Program-made: the position numbers and the translations under genes
Notes under the pieces: model-generated
What the model saw: only the letters and a program-made list of their open reading frames with translations
The model's database searches: none
Told to the model about the DNA's origin: nothing
In this document: in pieces, positions 24,710 to 38,415 of the stretch
Position numbering within the stretch: position 1 is the first letter of the stretch
Layout of the letters: every line of letters begins with the position of its first letter
Assembly (NCBI GenBank): GCA_030770535.1
Contig: JASVEC010000010.1
Span: 930,001-994,000 of the forward strand
Direction: 5' to 3'
DNA: 64,000 bases
Origin: Batkoa obscura
Lineage: Eukaryota

Positions 24710-25173
24710 TATTAAAACTGAGTTTAATTTTATTTGTGTGTCCAATTTATAAAATAGTGGCATTTTCTAAGGTTAAAATTTTCAAATAATTGTTGTCAAC
24801 ACCCTCTAAGTTCCCAAATTGAAAGTTTAAACTGGGCACTATTAGTGTCATCTTTAATATTAAAGATAATTTTTTATTTCTTATAAATTTATGTAGTCTT
24901 TAACTATTCTTTAACTAATAAATGCTATTATATTAAATCTCTTTATTCTTAATTAATAATAATGTTATAGTCAACTATAAATTTATTTAAATGTTATTAA
25001 ACATGGATTAATTAAATGTATTAGATAGGAGAGAAGGAAAGAATTAAACTAAATTCACATATCGGTAATAGTAAGAATGATAATAACAGAGTATTATTAT
25101 ATGAACAATGTAGATTTAAATCTCAAACCAAATAAAAATAGGTGAGTTTGAACTATTTAAAAGAAATTTACAT

Positions 25174-25839
25174 TTAAAATGAGTCCATTTTAACTTTCTC
25201 TGGGGTAAGAGTAACACGAATGGTATCTAATCGAGTACCGCAAGAACCAACATAACCTTCTTTTAAAATATCATCGAAATCGGAAGTACTAATCATTGTT
25301 TTAAGTTTTTGACGATTGACTTTATCATCATAAAAGCATTCTACTTTTTGACTTCCATCCTTTCCAGTATTAACTTGTAAACCTACATCCCATGAACTAC
25401 GAGTAGATTTTAATAATTCAACCCATGACATGGGTTCTTCTTCAATGATATTATCTTTCTTATTTCTTGAACTGATGACTAATTCATCAGTAGCTGAAAT
25501 AGATACCCTTCTACCCCGAGTATTTACTTTACTTTGAGTAGCATGGTTTGTAAATAAAACACGAGAAGAGCTATGGTTATTTTGGTGTAAACCTAAGCCT
25601 ACATTTTTGACTCCTTTACCCCAATTTGCTACTTTTTTCCATACCGAAGATTTTGGATGATCATAGGAGCGGGAATTAATATTGTCAGTATCCTTCGTAA
25701 TCAAGTTGATGATGGAGGTTGAATAGCTTACATGAGATGGAGCAGGAGAGTTTGGTACAGAAACAGTATTACGATGTTCATTTGGAATGAAACCAAGACG
25801 CGAGTGATCCGTTGAAATCCTTGCTGGAGTTTTACGCAT
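25174..25839 (-). CDS. Hypothetical protein (low-complexity N-terminus, C-terminal DFDDILKEG...TIRVTLTP motif)
   Basis: 221-aa intronless ORF with coding-like GC content compared with its flanks; function unknown. Confidence 0.7.
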   Translation of the reverse strand: MRKTPARISTDHSRLGFIPNEHRNTVSVPNSPAPSHVSYSTSIINLITKDTDNINSRSYDHPKSSVWKKVANWGKGVKNVGLGLHQNNHSSSRVLFTNHATQSKVNTRGRRVSISATDELVISSRNKKDNIIEEEPMSWVELLKSTRSSWDVGLQVNTGKDGSQKVECFYDDKVNRQKLKTMISTSDFDDILKEGYVGSCGTRLDTIRVTLTPEKVKMDSF

Positions 25840-27376
25840 GAAAAATAATTATTTAAAAGAAAAGAAAATACAAAAAGAAATAATTCAAAAAATGAAAGTT
25901 ATTTTCTTATATCAAATGTAAAAAAGAGGGTTATTTAAAGTTGGAATCAATGAATTACTTGATATAGTTATTCCTACATTGGACATGTGGGTGCCATTAT
26001 ATTTCTGGTTAGCTAAAAATAGCAATACAAATAATTAAAAATAAAAACTGTTATTTAACCAATTGAATTTCAGTAAAACTATGTTCATGGAATTTTATTT
26101 ATATTGTAACTTATTATTATTGAAGTTGCTATTTATTATTAATGTATTGTCAATTCATTATTAAAATAAATAAGTGTTAAATTTAATGACACTTATTCTT
26201 TAGTATATTTAAGGTAGTATTTTTAATTTGCTACAATCAACAAAAGAATAAACTAAGCTTATAATTTAATATTTATAAAGAGAACATAATAACTTATAAC
26301 ACTTTACTAATATTATAAAATATAGAATACAAATACAAAATCATAGTAATTTTAAGTTGGAATTGTTATTTGTCATCTTAAAGTCGAGTTTTTTTTGAAA
26401 CAAAACAAAAGGTAGTAACAATCAGACAGGTTGAAATTTTGGCTTTACGTTTATTATACATATCACTTTGTATTAGCTATATAAACTAAAAATTCAATTT
26501 AATAGATCTATATAATATTCTTATAGCTTAAATGCAAAAGGTGATAATTGATCTAATAATAGTTCGATATTTGATATATAAATGTAGTAAATTAATATTA
26601 TATAATACGCAAATAGCTTTTGGTCTAAAATAGTAAAGTAGATCTAAATCAACTTATTACTTAAAAATGGCAATACTACATATGTAGTTGGGGATATTTT
26701 TGTAATGTAAATATTTATTATCAATACTTTATATCGGATAAAAGGATGGTCTAATAAATAAATAGTGTATAAAGAAACAAAATTATTCATTTAAATAAAG
26801 GAGTTTTCAATATTTTTTAAGATTATTTTTATGAACAAATAATTAATAAAAATAAATTAGCAAATTAATGAACTATATTTAGATGTTTATTACTTTAAAA
26901 ATTATTATACTTGTTAAATTTATATAAAATGTAAGATTATTTATGAATCTAGTATATCATATGGACATGTCATTGTGGTATAAGTGAATTAATACTTTTT
27001 CAATTTAATATGATTAAATCGAAAGAAACAATACACCATTTATATTTTGAAATAAAACCAAAGCTACACAGTACCTGTATTATATTACAATAAGCTAAGC
27101 TTTTTTTACTAAGAGTTTGCCGTTTTAGTTAGATGTAAGTTTTTCGAATGTTTCTTTAGAATAGAAATAACTCATTTAAAATTATTATTGTTTATCTACA
27201 ATTATTTACATAGTTGTGAATTCACAACGTTACTTTGACCACAATATTAAAAAATTACAACAACATATATTATTGAATATTAATTATTGATTTTCGATAT
27301 TATAATAATAACTACAACAAGTAAATTATTTATTTGAAAATTTAAAAAAACATAAAATAAAACTAAATTAACATAA

Positions 27377-27473
27377 GGGGATGTTTTTTCGATTTCATTA
27401 CTTTTCCATTTTTCAAGCACTATTTAAGCAGAAAATTGTTAGTAAAATTTTTAAAATACAAAAATACATCTCC
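27377..27473. mobile_element. MITE copy 8
   Basis: ATAA/ATAA TSD. Confidence 0.88.
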
Positions 27474-28027
27474 ATAATTTGTTTCAAAAAAAATATTAAT
27501 TAATATATTAAATAAAACTAGCGCGATATGATGAAATCCACTAATTATATGATAACTCAATAAGCTTCATTTAATTCAATTTATTATTATAGCATACGAA
27601 AATCTATTAACTTTATTAAAGATTATCTTTAAAACAATGTAACTTTTTGATAAAGATGCAACTATTAATTTACTTTGGAATTATAGATAGGGCTGTTATG
27701 TTTAATTTAATCTTGTTCTTGTAGTCCAAAATTTCTTGCACAAAGCTAAATCCTCTTTTCCTCATCATTTTCTTTAACATCCACATTCAGTTTTATTTTT
27801 CTGTTCTCATGAGAACACATGAGACCTAGTTCTTCGTAAGATTTTCGGTTTTTTTGTAACAACTCCCTTTTAAATAGGCATTATTTAAGGTGATAAATAT
27901 TAGACTTTTGTTTTAGTGATAGATTCTTAAACATTGAGCTTTATTAATGAGTATTTGCTTCTATCTATTATAGTGATTGTTTTACTTTTTATAAAACTAG
28001 AGCTATTAATTATTATTGTGATCCAAT

Positions 28028-28724
28028 ATATAATAATTTTTATGTGTCATAAACTTAAAATCAACTTTAATAAATTATTCCTTTGAATTGAATTTTACAA
28101 CTTTAAACTATTTTTTCTCAGAAGATAACTTAGCTATAATACTGTAGTTGATATTATACAAAAATTATAGTATTTTTGCATTTAAAATTAAATGGTATTT
28201 TCGATTTTAATCAAAATATCATTCTTTCAAGTAAAATTAAACTTATCAAGTTTGACAAAATCTTTTGCTCGGTAGCAATTCAGCCAATAATTCCCTTCTT
28301 TCATGACTAAATAAAAAATAATTGGAAAAAAGAGTATTATTACGTAACCGTTTTTTTCTCATTTTATCAGACTAAGTTTAGATAAAAAACAATCACTTTA
28401 TACTAGAACTCATTTTCAACTATAAATCCAAACAATGTTATTAATAAGAAGACAATTAACAACGTTGATTAAGAAGAATACCAGAGGTTATTATCAAAAG
28501 ATGGAGGATAAAAGTTATAAGGGATTATTTTATTATAAGCCAAATAAGGAGGATCCATTTTATGAATTAAGTTTTAAAGATTCGAAACAAGACAAGCTAA
28601 CAGAAACTGAAGTAATAAGCTCATTATGTAAAAGAAATCGAACAAGTTTGATCATTTATCATTAGATCCAACTAATTTTAATATTACGAACAAAAATCGC
28701 TTTTTATCTCACTTACATAAAGTT
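28028..28724. repeat. ~0.7-kb near-identical duplicate of 30573-31253
   Basis: Base-by-base match apart from small indels and a few substitutions; contains the truncated 5' half of the 30971 gene. Confidence 0.92.
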
Positions 28725-30572
28725 TACTTAATGCCCTGCATCTCTATTATTCTTTTTGTATTTTGTTTCTTTTATACTTTTTAAAAATTATATCTGTTTT
28801 CCCATTATTAACAGTCGAGTTATTATTTTATTATGCTCGCAAATAAAAGCCTCAAATGTTGAAATTAATTGATCGATATCTTCTATTTTACCTAACGCTT
28901 CAAAACTACTTTTCCATTTTGAAAGGTTTCCAAAATGTCCATCAACTATACTTTTTCCATGATGCTCAGCAAAAAAATTAAGATTGACATTCAAACTACT
29001 ATTTATTTTATGAATTTCTTTAAACATATAGTGTAGAAACTCTTGGTCTATGATTTCCTGTATCTGCCCATATATTAATTTTTGTAAACTTTTTAATAGA
29101 AGCTCTGTAGAGATTAAATCGATTAAACAATCTCCTGCATATGCTGATCATTTCAATATTTCAGATAAATAATCAAAGTAAACTTTGCCTATTGTTTTAT
29201 CATCTTTTAAATATAATACACCAAAACCTAATACTGATATAGCTTGTTTATTATAATGATCTAGATTTATTGAATCTGGTCTTGTTCCTATTTCCATATT
29301 TTGTTTAAAATCTAAAACTATTATACAACTTTTGTTATTTAATTTTTTGATAGTTTCATTAAAGTGTTTTTTTGAGTATCAACACAGAATTTATGTAATT
29401 TGTATAATTTTTCTTCTTCGTTGAAAATTTCTTTTATCTCTGCTTGTTTTTTGCTTATTTATTTTATTTTCAAATAACTTTTTCTAACTGTATACTGGGT
29501 ACATATATTACATAGATCCGTTTTTCTTGCTGAATTTTTGAAATTACTTGGTATATATTTAAAGAACGTTGACCTAGCTACTGCTTTATCTCTTAGATCA
29601 TTCAAATATTTACTATATATCATTCTTCTACTTTTATTTAATATATATATATTATCTGATGAATATTTACTATCGTATTTTTTTTATTAAATCTTGATGA
29701 AATAGTTGAATCATTTAGTAAATATTGTATGATAGTTTCAATTTGGTCATCTTTATTTTTTTGTATTTTAATAATAGGTTTTAATGTTGATATTTTATTA
29801 TTATTGCTTGTTTTTGAATAATCATATTGATTTCTATTTATATTAAACCCAAAACTCTTACATTCATCAAAAGAATATGGGGATGTATTTTTGTGTTTAA
29901 GAATTTTGCTAACAATTTTTCGCTTAAATAATGCCTAAAGATGGGAAAAACAATGAAGCCAAAAAAAACATCCCCATATACTGAAGCTATAGTTGATAAT
30001 AACGCTACTTGCTGACTTTTGTTTCCTGTTTCCCTTAAAGCACTAATTTTATACATTACTTGATTAAGTTTATTATTATCGATAGTAAACTTTGATAATA
30101 TATCTTTTCTTTGTTTTGTTTTATTATAAAATTCCATAAACCTTGGGTTGTTATAAGTAGCTCTTAAAATTGATGTAAATGAATTACAATGTTTATATTG
30201 TGTACTCCTCCTATTGTATTGAAATTTTTCAAAAATTCCATTTCGAAGTTTAGTTATGAAAGTTTGCATTTTATTTTTAATTCACAACAAAAATTAAAGT
30301 CAAATAACTGTGTTTATATAATTATGTATTTATGTAATTATATAATCATATAGTTATATATTATATATCTGTTAAATATCTAACAGAACTAACATAAAAT
30401 ATATAGTTAGGAAAAATTAGCTATTTAAGAAAAGGAAACAATTAAAATAAGTTTTAAATAGAGACATTTAATTTTAGGCTTTTTAGATTTAACCGTTATA
30501 TTGAACACAAACTTGGAATTTTAAATTTGGATTAATTTCTAAGTAGATTCTGAAACCAATTTAGGACAGCCC
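28725..30572 (-). mobile_element. Truncated copy of the Sola-like DNA transposon (one TIR at 30551-30572, other end missing)
   Basis: Collinear with 41090-42890; HHGKSIVDGHFG motif; ends ...TGAAACCAATTTAGGACAGCCC followed by ATAT. Confidence 0.88.
29879..29975. mobile_element. MITE copy 9, nested in the transposase gene
   Basis: The empty site is visible in the sister copy (AAGA-ATAT-ACTGAA at ~42256); the filled site shows ATAT duplicated. Confidence 0.93.
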
Positions 30573-30970
30573 ATATAATAATTTTTATGTGTCATAAACT
30601 TAAAATCAACTTAAATTATTCCTTTGAATTGAATTTTACAACTTTAAACTATTTTTTCTCAGAAGATAACTTAGCTATAATACTGTAGTTGATATTATAC
30701 AAAAATTATAGTATTTTTGCATTTAAAATTAAATGGTATTTTCGATTTTAATCAAATATCATTCTTTCAAGTAAAATTAAACTTATCAAGTTTGACAAAA
30801 TCTTTTGCTCGGTAGCAATTCAGCCAATAATTCCCTTCTTTCATGACTAAATAAAATAATGGAAAAAAGAGTGTTATTACGTAACCGTTTTTTCTCATTT
30901 TATCAGACTAAGTTTAGATAAAAAACAATCACTTTATACTAGAACTCATTTTCAACTATAAATCCAAACA

Positions 30971-31529
30971 ATGTTATTAATAAGAAGACAATTAACAACG
31001 TTAATTAAGAAGAATACCAGAGGTTATTATCAAAAGATGGAGGATAAAAGTTATAAGGGATTATTTTATTATAAGCCAAATAAGGAGGATCCATTTTATG
31101 AATTAAGTTTTAAAAGATTCGAAACAAGACAAGCTAACAGAAACTGAAGTAATAGCTCATTATGTAAAAGAAATCGAACAGTTTGACCATTTATCATTAA
31201 ATCCAACTAATTTTATAACGAACAAATCGTTTTTATCTCACTTACATAAAGTTATTCAGAAGAATGTATTACTAGATGAGAGTTTAAAAAATTATGCTAG
31301 TTTTCAAAAAGAAGGCTGGATTCATATTAACGATGAAAGAAATCCAGCTCCTTTTGGTAGAATTGCTGACACCGAAGATATCATTGGTAGTGTTTTGATT
31401 AAAGATTCTACGATTTTGCCGGATACTTATCAACCTATGCCAAGTTACCGCTTATTTACTAAATCCCATGGGTTAATTCAATTGGCAGATTGCTATAAAA
31501 AAGGAATTAATCTAGTTTATAGTGGATAG
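30971..31529 (+). CDS. Conserved uncharacterised fungal protein, probable mitochondrial presequence (one homopolymer frameshift near 31112)
   Basis: Merged reading frame: MLLIRRQLTTLIKK...KEGWIHINDERNPAPFGRIADTEDIIGSVLIKD..ILPDTYQPMPSYRLFT. I recall this motif from uncharacterised fungal proteins. Confidence 0.72.
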
Positions 31530-32928
31530 TAAATATAATATAGTATCAGTATCAACTTCATTTTTTTATTTTATTTTTATTTTCAGTTTGCCTATTTTAG
31601 AAATCAATCCCATAAGCTCTATATTTTCAATTATATTCCGGGATTGCTTAAAATTGTTAACGGTGATTTGATGATTTCTTTATCTTTATCAATCAATTTT
31701 TTCCTATTTAAATGAGTTAAATTACTTACTCAACTTGAATAGTTAAATTACAAAAAAAATAGAGTAAACGTTTAAATTAGTTTGAGGTTGCTTGTCACTA
31801 TATATTCTTATATAGGAATGGCCTGCTACCATATATGATTTTTACATTTCTCAAAATAAATTATAATAAATTTTTACAAATTGAAGTTAATTGTTTATAA
31901 AGTTTTAACATTGATTTCTTTTTGTTTTTGTAAGGCTTGGTGCATTTTAACTAACTATAGCTTCATTATTTGCTTTCTAATAGCTGATATTATATTTGAA
32001 ATTCAGTAATTTTTATAATCTTATAAAAAAACTCATTAATCAATACTACTGTCTTTTAATGCTTTTAATATGTAACTTCACTTAAATTAAAGTATGGGAA
32101 TTAAGTTCCTTATTTTACACAAGCTAATAAAATATTTGAGCAATATATTGTATCATATTCTTGCTTCCATCAAAGAGCAATATTTATTGAAAATAGCCTG
32201 CTCTATGGGAAAACGACTTATCTTTAAACTCAATAAAAACTGAGAGGCTTATATTATAAGTGTAGCTATCAAAACCTTAATATATATTTGTTTTGATGTT
32301 GCTTCTTATGGTTTTCCATCCCTTATTTTATCCATTTGTTTGTTTACTTCTTTTAGAAATGATGCACTATCAATTTGTAATTTTATATTTTAAAATCTTT
32401 TAACTTGAAATGAGTGGTTTCGTATTATAGTAAATCTCACCATCACGCTAAGTAAATAAAATAAGACAGAAAGGGAGACGTATTATTTTAATTTCAATGT
32501 TTATCAAACTTTGTTGTATCAAATTGAATATATATATGAATGTTTATTATTTTCAACATATTAAATTTAACTTTAAAAAAATTGCTCAACTTTAAAAATA
32601 AGCGCACAAATTGGTTCTTCACTTAAAAATCCATTTAATTCCGAACACAATTTTTTTTACTATTTGTAATTGTTCTATCTATAAATTTAATTGTCCTTAT
32701 TAAATACTGCAAACTTTGTTCAATTATATATATATCATGACTGTATTTAAGTAATAAAAACAGTGATATGAATCTTTATTAATGATTGTATAATTTACAA
32801 ATATCGATTTCTTTTAAAAGTTAATATCGTCAATACACAATTTGATCTAGATGGCTTAAGAACAGAATAAAATCTATTTAGTTGAGCTTGTGCTTAACCA
32901 ACGGATTTTATTCTAAAATAATAAATTC

Positions 32929-32963
32929 TATAAATCATTAGTACCATGGTGATGTTCATGAAA
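32929..32963 (+). promoter_or_regulatory. Conserved TATA-containing upstream block of the 7TM paralogs
   Basis: TATAAATCATTAGTACCATG-(GTG/TTA)-ATGTTCATGAAA occurs 107 bp before ATG 33036 and 106 bp before ATG 37815 (37709-37743). Confidence 0.5.
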
Positions 32964-33035
32964 CAATCAATATTTTAATTAAGATTCCTATTGAATAATA
33001 TCATTTTCTTTCCTTTTACTTTGCTTTGTTTTTAA

Positions 33036-33934
33036 ATGATCAATGAGAATCCCTTTGGTAATGTGTCATCAACTATTGGCATAGTGTCCACGATCACCAA
33101 TATCATACTTATTTATGTAGCAACGAAGATAAATGAGCCTAAAAGAGATTTAAAATTAGTGATATTAATAGCAGCTATCGAGCTTATGTCACCATTTATT
33201 TCAATATTTGATATAATTGCTACAATAATGAGAGAAGACGATGCAGTTAATGATCCTAAATTATGCCAATATTTAGGTTTTTCCACAGTCTTATTGATCT
33301 TATGCCAGTTTGTTGCTTCTGCTTTTCTAGCATCGGAAAGGTTGAATGTTATTACTAAAATTAATTATATTAAATATATGATTATGCCAGGGATTTTGTC
33401 CTTAGTGTTTCACTTAATAATGACAATATACTTAGCTATCAATTTCGAATTCCTTCCACAAACTGCAAAGTTGGTATGCTCAATATATCCAAAAACTTCA
33501 GTAGTATCAAGCATGGTATTTTATCATTTTATTTTGATTTCATTTATAAGTATAATAATAATAATTGTATGCTATCTGAAATTAGCCCTTTACTTGAGCA
33601 ATTATTCCCGATTTCTAACAATTGATATGTCAGAATCGAACTTTGACATAACAAAAAGGCACAACAACAAAGGGCCTCGTCAAAAATTCATTACACAGTC
33701 TCTCTCTATTCCATCTGTATGTTTTTAGGGCTTACTTCTAACGTACTCGATTCAATCTTTAATTATTTACAGATTCATTCCAATCTACAATATATTTTTG
33801 GCACAACTGCTACTATCTTGATTGTTCTGGGTTTCTTTTTCAACTCTATTTTAGTGCTTACAACACATACTCTGGTTAACCATGAGCTTATATTAAGGTG
33901 GAGAAAATTTCGTGATAAAATTTTAAATTTTTAA
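33036..33934 (+). pseudogene. 7TM receptor paralog 3, frameshifted by a short deletion near 33690
   Basis: ORFs 33036-33728 and 33719-33934 together cover all 7 TMs; comparison with 35630-35660 shows bases missing before TM6. Confidence 0.78.
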
Positions 33935-35040
33935 TAAATAAAATCAATCGAACAGTAAGAAGCGATGTGTTTTAAAGTATATGATAATTATAGCAGTAAT
34001 AACAGATTAAAAATAAGGTAAACCTAACAAAATTTTGTTTTCAATTTCTCTAGTATCATTTATAGTAGTGAACATAAATCCGGTTTTATCAGCCACCTTA
34101 TTTACAATTTATTATATTTATAAAAAATATATTTTATATTTTCTTCCAGTTTTTTTCGTAATTAGAAGCCAGGGTACTTATATCATCAGTATAATCATGA
34201 AAATCTTGCTATATTTTATTCTGATGCTTTTTCTCCTCATGGTTGTATTATTCTTTGTATAATTTATTTTAGTTTATTTATTTGCCCATTATATTGATTT
34301 TAATGAAGTATTATCAATTAGTTTAATATTCTAAAAAATTAAATCTTTGGTTTGAAAATAGTGAGCTCACTAAGAAATTTTACTATTTCAAAAAACAGCA
34401 TGCATGAAGAAACTAATATAGAAAAGGAGTAAAATAGATAAAACAATAAGCCAAGTGGTTGGTATTTATTAGCAATTGTCAATCTAAATTGAAGCTATAT
34501 ACGGCTATTTATATATTTAAAGATATTATATATGCTTTTAAAAAAAGATTGTTCTAATTTAAAAATAACCATAATTGGATTAGCTTCTCCCTTATAACTT
34601 GTTTTATTTTGAAAACAACTTTTTTACTCAATTGTAATTTTTGGTTTTTTTGATAAGCGTGGTTATTCTTATCAATATTTCGTATGTATGATTACCTCTA
34701 TTAAAATTTCATAAACATTATCCTATCATTACAATATATAAACATGTCATGGCTGTTAGTAAATAAGTAAAGACAGCTAACCATATTATAAAATATTATA
34801 AATATTATAAATATTATAATATTAAAGTTCTGATTTATAGATATTCTAACTTATTGTTTTAAAACACAATATTCTTAGGTACGACTTGATCTAGGTGACT
34901 TAAAGATAAAAACAGCTGGTTTAGTATAGTATTGGTATGATGGTGGGATCCATAAAAAATGATAAGTATTTAAGCAAGGATAGCCATGAAGTAACAATTT
35001 CTCTTTTAATTTACATCATTTTATATGATCAAATTTTAAA

Positions 35041-35894
35041 ATGATTAATGCAAATCTCTATGGCAATATATTAGAACCTATTGATTTAATATCCACAATT
35101 GTAAATATAATTCTTTTTTATATAGTAGTAAATATAAGTAGACTTATCCAAGATTTGAGGTTTGTTATGCTAATAGGAATAATCGAGCTTATGTCGCCTT
35201 TGATATCAATATCTGATATAATTGCTACAGTAATGAGAGAAGACGATACAGTCAATGTTCCTAAATTATGCCAACATTTAGGTTTATTTACAGTCTTATT
35301 TACAGTCTTATTGATCTTATGCCAGTTTATTGGATCTACTTCCTTAGTATCAGAGAGGCTAAATATTGCCACAGAAATCAACTATATTAAATGTACAATA
35401 TACTGGCAACATTGTCATTGGTATTTCATTTATTGATGACAACATATTTAGCAATTAAGTATGAATTTCTTCCACAAACCTCAAAGTTGATGTGCTTAGT
35501 ATATGAGGATGTGTATTTTTTTGTTTAAGGATTTTACTCACAATGTTTCCACTCAAATAGCGCTTAAAAGGTGGAAAAAGTAATGAAACCAAAAAAATCA
35601 TCCTCATATGACAAAAAAATCAAACAAAGAGTCTCATTAAGAATTTACTTTACTGTCTCCCTTTACTCTATCTGTATGTTTTTATTAGGTCTTTTTTTCT
35701 ATTTAATTGATTCAATGAATTACTTACAACTTCATAGCGACTTACAATATACATTTGGTACTTTTGCTACCATTCTAATCGCTTTGGGTTTCTTGTGTAA
35801 CTCTATTTTTGTGCTTATAACTCATATTTTGGTAAATCAAAGACTTGTATCAAGATGGAATAGATTCTATAGTAAAGTTAAAACTTTCTTTTGA
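35041..35894 (+). pseudogene. 7TM receptor paralog 4 (frameshift, MITE insertion, loss of TM5 region)
   Basis: Homologous to paralog 3; 12-bp internal duplication at ~35284-35310; MITE at 35505-35605; sequence resumes at ICL3/TM6. Confidence 0.85.
35505..35605. mobile_element. MITE copy 10, inside 7TM paralog 4
   Basis: GAGGATG...CATCCTC termini; ATAT/ATAT TSD. Confidence 0.9.
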
Positions 35895-36080
35895 TAAAAA
35901 ACAATTTATACAATAAGGGGAATTGAAAATCCAAACTTTACAATTTAACATAAGCAGCAATAAGTAAGAAGAGACATACTGATCCTTTTGTAATTTTATT
36001 TTTGATTTTTTAGCATCAATTATGGTATTGAACAAAACGAATCTTGAGTTTCCCATTTTTTGCTTTGTAATTTATTAAAT

Positions 36081-36172
36081 GGGGATGATTTTTTTGATTT
36101 CATTACTTTTTCCATTTTAAGCGCTATTTGGGTGGAAAGATTATTAGTAAAATTCTTAAAAAATACATCCCT
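36081..36172. mobile_element. MITE copy 11
   Basis: AAAT/AAAT TSD. Confidence 0.87.
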
Positions 36173-37814
36173 AAATTCTTCCTTTAAGAATCAATATTTT
36201 GGCAGAATTTTATACACAAATCTTTAAAACAATAACTAAACTTTTTACAAAATAGTTGGAACAACTGTAAGTAAGCTCTTATTCCTCTTGAAATGGTGAG
36301 GTGCCAAGTGTTTTATTAGATAAAACGAAGGTTGAATACTTAAGTTAGAGAGCTTAAGGTACAAAAGTTTTATAAGGGGATATCTAGTAATATAGGAATC
36401 AGGTTCAAGGATTACCTATCTTTAAAAGAATTAGAGGGGCAAGATTATATCTATCCCACTTCTATTCTTCAGATATATATCCGCATAACGACGAGGGCGT
36501 TTTTAAATGATTTAATTTTTGATTGTTATCAATTAAGGATTTTCTAATGAAGTGTTATTTCAAAAGTAGCCAGTTTTAATAAAATCACTGTGGTGGTGGA
36601 GTTTGCAGCATTTAAGTATTTTGCTCAAAAGTGATTGTCTTTAAAAATAAGAAATATGAGTGTTGTAACTAAAAAATCATCCATGTTTTAGTCTAAATAT
36701 ACAATCGCTTTTATATATAACTTTACAACTTCAGATTGATTTTATATTAGCAGTCCAGCTGGTTCACTTCAAATCGGAAATAATAGTAATGCTTTTTAAA
36801 GCCACCTATTTGGTTGGTTGATTTTGTTTAATTAACAATTTGGATTGAAGTTTATAATGTTAAAACTAAAAGATTAATTAAAAAGAAATCTAAAACTGGT
36901 ATATTACCCGTTTTGATTATTGCTACTGCTAATATCTCTTTCTTATATTGGTGATGTTAAATTTCGATTATTTAAAGGCATTTTAAAACAATAGAAAACT
37001 AAAAGGTTTAGGAATTTTCAATCTTCACCTTTTAAAAATTTGGTACAAAAATATTTTAGCAGTAAAATTAAGATAATAAGAGAAAAAATAGTAAGTTAAT
37101 TTATAAGCTATGTTTTATTAAAATATGGGGAAAATTATTAATTGAAAAATTTTAACCGAATTCTAGAATTTCGGCTTAATTTTTTTAAAACAAGCTGTTT
37201 TTATTTTCAACTTGGATGATTGAGTCAGCTGCAATTGAAAATTAGCAATTTTTTGGCTTATTTTTTCAAAAGTTATAATTGGACAACTTCAGTTAAAAAT
37301 GAATCAATTTAAAAGGGACTATGCCTAGGTAAGTTAAGTTTAAATGGCACCTAAAAAAATGGAACAAAGCCCCAGAAATTATGTCAAATGGTTAAAAATA
37401 AGCACAACTAAATTGACTATTCTCTTATGAATTAATTTAATTCCGAACATAAATTTCTTTTTATCATTTACAATGTCTATCCTTCCTACAAAGTTAATTA
37501 TCTAATAAAGTGTTTTATAGCTTATATTTTGTTTGTATGAGGTATAAATGCCTTGGTTGCAATTGAATACTATAAATGGTGATAGTCAGGTTCATTATTA
37601 GATAGTGTATAGATTTTTAGTACGTTAGTACTTTAATTTCTTTTTAAAAGACTTATTATCACTAATAGGGAATTTGATCTAAATAATTTGAGAATAATTA
37701 ATTAATTTTATAAATCATTAGTACCATGTTAATGTTCATGAAAGTAATAACTATTTAAAAAAAAGCTCATTTACCAATACTATTTTCTTTTATCCTAATT
37801 TACTACATTCTTAA

Positions 37815-38372
37815 ATGATAAACGAAAATCCCTATGGTAATATATCAGCACCTGTTGGCATAGCGTCTATAATAACCAATATCATCCTTCTTTATTTAGC
37901 AACAAAGATAAAGGAACCTACACGAGATTTAAAATTAGTGATGTTAATAGCATCTATTGAACTTTTGGCTCCTTTGGTTTCAATATCTGATATAGCAGCT
38001 ACGGTAATGAGAGAAGAAGATGCAGTCAATGATCCTAAATTATGTCAATACTTAGGCTTATTTACAATCTTATTGATATTATGTCAGTTTATTGTTTCTG
38101 CTTTTCTAGCATTAGAAAGGTTAAATATTGTTGTTAAAATTAGATACATGAGATATATATTTTATATCAGGGATTTTATCATCATTTCATCTAGTGATCA
38201 ATATACTAGCTGTTAGTTTTCGAATTCCTTCCACAAACTGCAAAGTTAGTTTGTTTGATATATCCCGAAACTTCATTGATCTCAAGTATAGCATTTTATC
38301 ATTTTTATAACTATCTCATTTACAAGTTTAATAATAATAATAGCTTGCTATATAAAGCTAGGTTATTATCTA
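37815..38372 (+). pseudogene. 7TM receptor paralog 5, frameshifted and truncated after TM5
   Basis: MINENPYG...LCQYLGLF...LALERL. Homology to the paralogs stops at ~38372, just before the LTR-like repeat. Confidence 0.82.
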
Positions 38373-38415
38373 AATTTGGTATCAGATGAATAAATTACTT
38401 TAATGTCATAACTAC

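Noticed and set aside
38377..38386. TGGTATCAGA as a tRNA-iMet primer-binding site
   Set aside because: It matches only 10 nt and lies upstream of the LTR-like copy rather than just downstream; no gag/pol nearby.
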